64,000 nucleotides of DNA from a virus (taxonomy: Duplodnaviria; Caudoviricetes), in the IMG/VR virus record IMGVR_UViG_3300048854_000113, positions 6,999 to 70,998 of that record; one strand, written 5' to 3'. Within the stretch, counting starts at the first letter, position 1. Each line of letters starts with the position of its first letter. A program made the position numbers and the translations under genes. Shown one piece after another: positions 63,551 through 64,000 of this stretch. The notes under the pieces were generated by a model. It made no database searches and was not told where the DNA came from. It saw only the letters and a program-made list of their open reading frames with translations.

Positions 63551-63823
63551 GGCGTAGGTTTTTTCGGAATGATAGCCGAAAAGCTACGCCATACACGTGA
63601 GTTTCCCCGATATGTTGGTGACGCGTATTTGATATGAACGATTTGCGAGATATTCTAGTGAAGCATTATCCAGCAAGCATTTGAGCGCGTTATAGCCTTG
63701 CTGGTAAAGGGTCTGCGACTTAGGACGGTTTTGCGGACTCGTTAATTCGATGAGAACGAATAAGCCTTATAGATAAAGGCTTCGTTTTAAAACCTACGCT
63801 TAAACCCACGCCAAAAACTGCCA
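63551..63823. other. att region with 12-bp arm-type repeats
   Basis: AAAACCTACGCC-like sites at 63551-63562 (inverted), 63579-63590, 63789-63800, 63801-63812 and a degenerate copy at 63813-63823. Confidence 0.65.
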
Positions 63824-63848
63824 TTATCTCGACTGAATTCCCGATATA

Positions 63849-63868
63849 TACTGTACGTAAATACAGTA
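63849..63868. promoter_or_regulatory. LexA (SOS) box
   Basis: TACTGT-ACGTAAAT-ACAGTA matches CTGT-N8-ACAG, 18 nt before an ATG. Confidence 0.85.
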
Positions 63869-63886
63869 TTAATACGGGGTGCAGAG

Positions 63887-64000
63887 ATGAAGGTCGATGA
63901 TTTTGAGCCAGTGTCGGATAGCGATCTCCGCCAGCTTTACCGAGTCAACCACGATCCCGATCTTCGTCGAGTCATCCTCGAAGTCGTGCGCTATCGACGT
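63887..64000 (+). CDS. SOS-regulated small protein (partial)
   Basis: MKVDDFEPVSDSDLRQLYRVNHDPDLRRVILEVVRYRR..., runs off the window. Confidence 0.7.
   Translation, partial: MKVDDFEPVSDSDLRQLYRVNHDPDLRRVILEVVRYRR

Noticed and set aside
63646-63658. Possible extra CI operator CGAGATATTCTAG near int
   Set aside because: Single site with a mismatch in the conserved half and no associated promoter identified.
63722-63760. tRNA anticodon-like att core GCGGACTCGTTAATTCG
   Set aside because: Does not fold into a 7-nt anticodon loop; the core could not be assigned without a host search.

Overview
The window is almost entirely one temperate, contractile-tailed (myovirus-type) phage or prophage genome. 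The gene content suggests a Burkholderiaceae host (inference). From right to left: an att-like region and tyrosine integrase (62252-63823); a long early operon on + (40757-62304) with recombination, nucleotide-metabolism and many accessory genes; a complete lambda-style immunity switch (cro, three operators, leaderless cI; 38868-39939); replication/nin genes and a Q-like gene on - (28162-38640); a late promoter, a CAU tRNA, terminase, portal, head, tail and baseplate genes on - (5110-28150); an antisense acyltransferase moron; and a second fibre-like module ending in a clan-A glycoside hydrolase that runs off the left edge. No lysis cassette is visible, so it probably lies left of the window. 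Main observations: (1) the CI repressor has lost both its catalytic Ser and its scissile Gly, while a LexA-boxed small gene sits next to an apparently intact attP; (2) the CI-controlled PL promoter/operator is duplicated 13.8 kb downstream; (3) the early operon carries a pair of secreted, signal-peptide proteins that look like a fibre subunit plus an anchor; (4) the glycoside hydrolase frame has no canonical start; (5) a possible dcm relic has been replaced by an HNH endonuclease. Family names come from motif recognition only; no database search was run.
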